NCBI RefSeq assembly: GCF_036321535.1
Contig: NC_087436.1
Coordinates: 122,824,001 to 122,888,000 of the forward strand
From: Camelus dromedarius
Taxonomy: Eukaryota
Reading direction: 5' to 3'
DNA: 64,000 bases
Under the pieces are notes generated by a model, which saw nothing but the letters and a program-made list of their open reading frames with translations, ran no database searches and was not told the DNA's origin. A program made the translations under genes and the position numbers. How positions within the stretch are numbered: position 1 is the stretch's first letter; each line of letters opens with the position of its first letter. Of this stretch, positions 62,101 to 64,000 are shown one piece after another.

Positions 62101-62378
62101 AGTACCCTTTGGGAGCCAGGCACCGCCCTCCCCCCAGGCTTCACTGAGCACCGGCTGTGGTGTCAGCGCTGTCGTAGGCCAGGGGAGCCGCCAGGCCCAG
62201 CGCTTGTCCTCAGGGGCCCCGAGGGGTGGCGCCATGTGTGTATAGGTAAATGGGGCAGGGGCAAGGGCAGCACCAGTAAGAGCGTTGGCTGTTGCAGTCT
62301 TTATTTCAGATCAGGAGGAACTGCTTACTGGTGGTAGACGTGTGTGGCTTAATTAATGCCTTTTCTTTGTCTGTCTAG

Positions 62379-62431
62379 CATGAGATTGGCCCAACAAACA
62401 GCTTTTGGCACAATAAAAACTCCGGTTTCGA
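62379..62431 (+). CDS. RNF212: RNF212 exon 6
   Basis: ctgtctag|C ATG. MRLAQQTAFGTIKTPVS. Donor A|gtaagt. 53 nt, phase consistent. Confidence 0.92.
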
Positions 62432-62515
62432 GTAAGTAAAGTGACGTCCAGAAGCGAGGGTGGAGAGGCCGGTGCCGAGTGGCACCAGGTCGCCAACACT
62501 AGGTTCTCCTCACAG

Positions 62516-62576
62516 CTCCCACTGCAAAGCCCAGCGGGCCTCTGTTCCTGCCACCTGACTCCTCGGCCTCTCAGAG
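62516..62576 (+). CDS. RNF212: RNF212 exon 7
   Basis: ctcctcacag|CT. (T)PTAKPSGPLFLPPDSSASQ(R). Donor gtgtgt. 61 nt, keeping frame between exons 6 and 8. Confidence 0.8.
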
Positions 62577-63497
62577 GTGTGTGGGGCGTCCTGGACCACA
62601 TCTGTCAGCGGCCCAGTCCTCCCTGTGGCCCCCTACGTCCCCAGCCCTCCGCCCTCTAGCCCCAGGTGCTTAGCAGTATTTGGCGTAGGGCTCAGCCACG
62701 TTCCCCTCCCTCTGCTCAGCCACAGGTCCCACAGTCAGGTGTGCGGCCCAGGCCAGCCAGTCACAGCACTGGTCCTGGCCGTGTGAGAGGTTGAGGGCGG
62801 TTGTGTGACCCTGGCTGGGCCAGCTAGGGGAGGAGGTGGTTAGAAGTGAATCCAACTCTGAGGAGGCAGGTCGAGAGTGGTGGGCTGGGCTAGTGGCACC
62901 GTGGAGGACCTGGCCCACCCTGGCTGGGTCTTTCTCTTGGAAGATTGGAGCTGAGTCCATTTGGAGTGCAGGAGGTGTGGGGGTTGCGGAGACCCTGCTG
63001 GCTTGCCTCCACCCCCCAGCTCTTTCCAGCAGCCCTGTGTCAGCAAGCTCAGGAAGGAACTGGACGAGGTCCTCTCCCCGCCCACCTCTCTCTTGCTGGT
63101 GTCCAGCCGTGTGTCCTGTCAGCCCCTGGCCTGACTCTTTTAAGGAACTAACGTTGATCAAGCCTGTGTGGATGTGGGGGCCGCGCAGTAGGTGTGGGTG
63201 GGAGGCGATACTCCTGCTCCTGGGAGGTCTGGCAGGAGCAGGTGCTGGTGGCCAGAGGAGGGGCCTTCCGGGAGGAGCGGTGGCAAGGAGGGGAGGCCGG
63301 GGCCGGAGGAGGAGGGCTCCATGCTCTGTGGGAGGGTGTGCGGCCGGTCTCTCAGACCTCAGGCCCCATGTAGGTGGCACTGTGACACTGAGCCAATAGC
63401 GAAGAGGAAGGAGAGCGGCCTACAGGCTGGTGTGTGCCTCTGCATCGCGTCCTGGTCGCCAGCCCCAGGCCCCTAACGACCTCTCACTCTCTAGCAG

Positions 63498-63543
63498 GGT
63501 GGAGTCCATGGAAGTCGACCTCACCTCCTCCCCAAGGAGAAAA
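63498..63543 (+). CDS. RNF212: RNF212 exon 8 (gene continues beyond the window)
   Basis: ctctagcag|G. VESMEVDLTSSPRRK. Donor gtaagt. 46 nt. Confidence 0.9.
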
Positions 63544-64000
63544 GTAAGTACACCTGCCCGCCTCTGTGTACTTGTCCCCTGCCTGCTTGGAGTTTTCAGG
63601 TTTCTCAGCCCTGATGACCATCATGAACGGTGTCTTCATTGCATACTGGGCCAGGGGGTGGGCGCCGTGGGACGTGGGGCACAGGCTGGGTCCTGGCAAG
63701 CGTGTGTGCCCCTGCCCAGCTGGCGTGGGGAGAGTGGCTGCCATGTCTGCACGTGTGGCCAGAGAGAGGTAGCAGAACCCGGCTGATGCCGTCAGCCCAG
63801 GCAGAGAGGTGCGGCTCTCAAGTTCACAAGTCCTCAAGGGAACATGGCCAGGACTGAAGCATCATCGCCAGCTCCAGCCAGCTCCCATTCAGCTCAAGGC
63901 TGGGACCTGACAGCCGGAGGGGACGGGGACAGGGGCTCAAGGTGCGGCCTTGTGGCCACCAGTGCCTCGTAGTGCCTTCCTCTCACTGCTGGCCACTGGA

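Noticed and set aside
60516..62337. Cluster of 130-190-aa ORFs as a domesticated retroviral gene
   Set aside because: The gag-like frame has a GTG in place of ATG, stop codons and frameshifts; the long ORFs are mostly leader or off-frame sequence.

Overview
This is GC-rich mammalian genomic DNA, most likely camelid: a tRNA-Ala(AGC)-derived SINE of vic-1 type with a 16-bp target-site duplication lies at 31.5 kb. The gene order matches human 4p16.3. Three intron-containing genes lie in tandem on the + strand. SPON2 is complete, with 5 coding exons at 21967-24810 giving 332 aa, plus a probable non-coding first exon. TMED11 is complete and intact, with 5 exons at 34053-53092 giving 216 aa (the human copy is a pseudogene). 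RNF212 has a CpG-island promoter and coding exons 1-8 at 54726-63543, and its 3' end lies beyond the window. Much of the rest is repeat-derived: nested L1s of several ages, L2, MIR, an MLT1 LTR, Tigger/Charlie MITEs and a truncated class-I ERV in RNF212 intron 5. Most long ORFs in the track are artefacts of high GC content. I see no wholly new gene system. The best leads are a canonical PTF1 (pancreatic acinar) site and an ETS-CRE composite upstream of the intact TMED11, a sense-oriented ERV with an apparent tRNA-Met primer site inside RNF212, local bursts of AT-to-GC change within old L1s, a probable divergent transcript from the RNF212 island, and an inverted L1 pair flanking TMED11 exon 2. 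Repeat family names and boundaries were assigned by eye from recalled consensus sequences.
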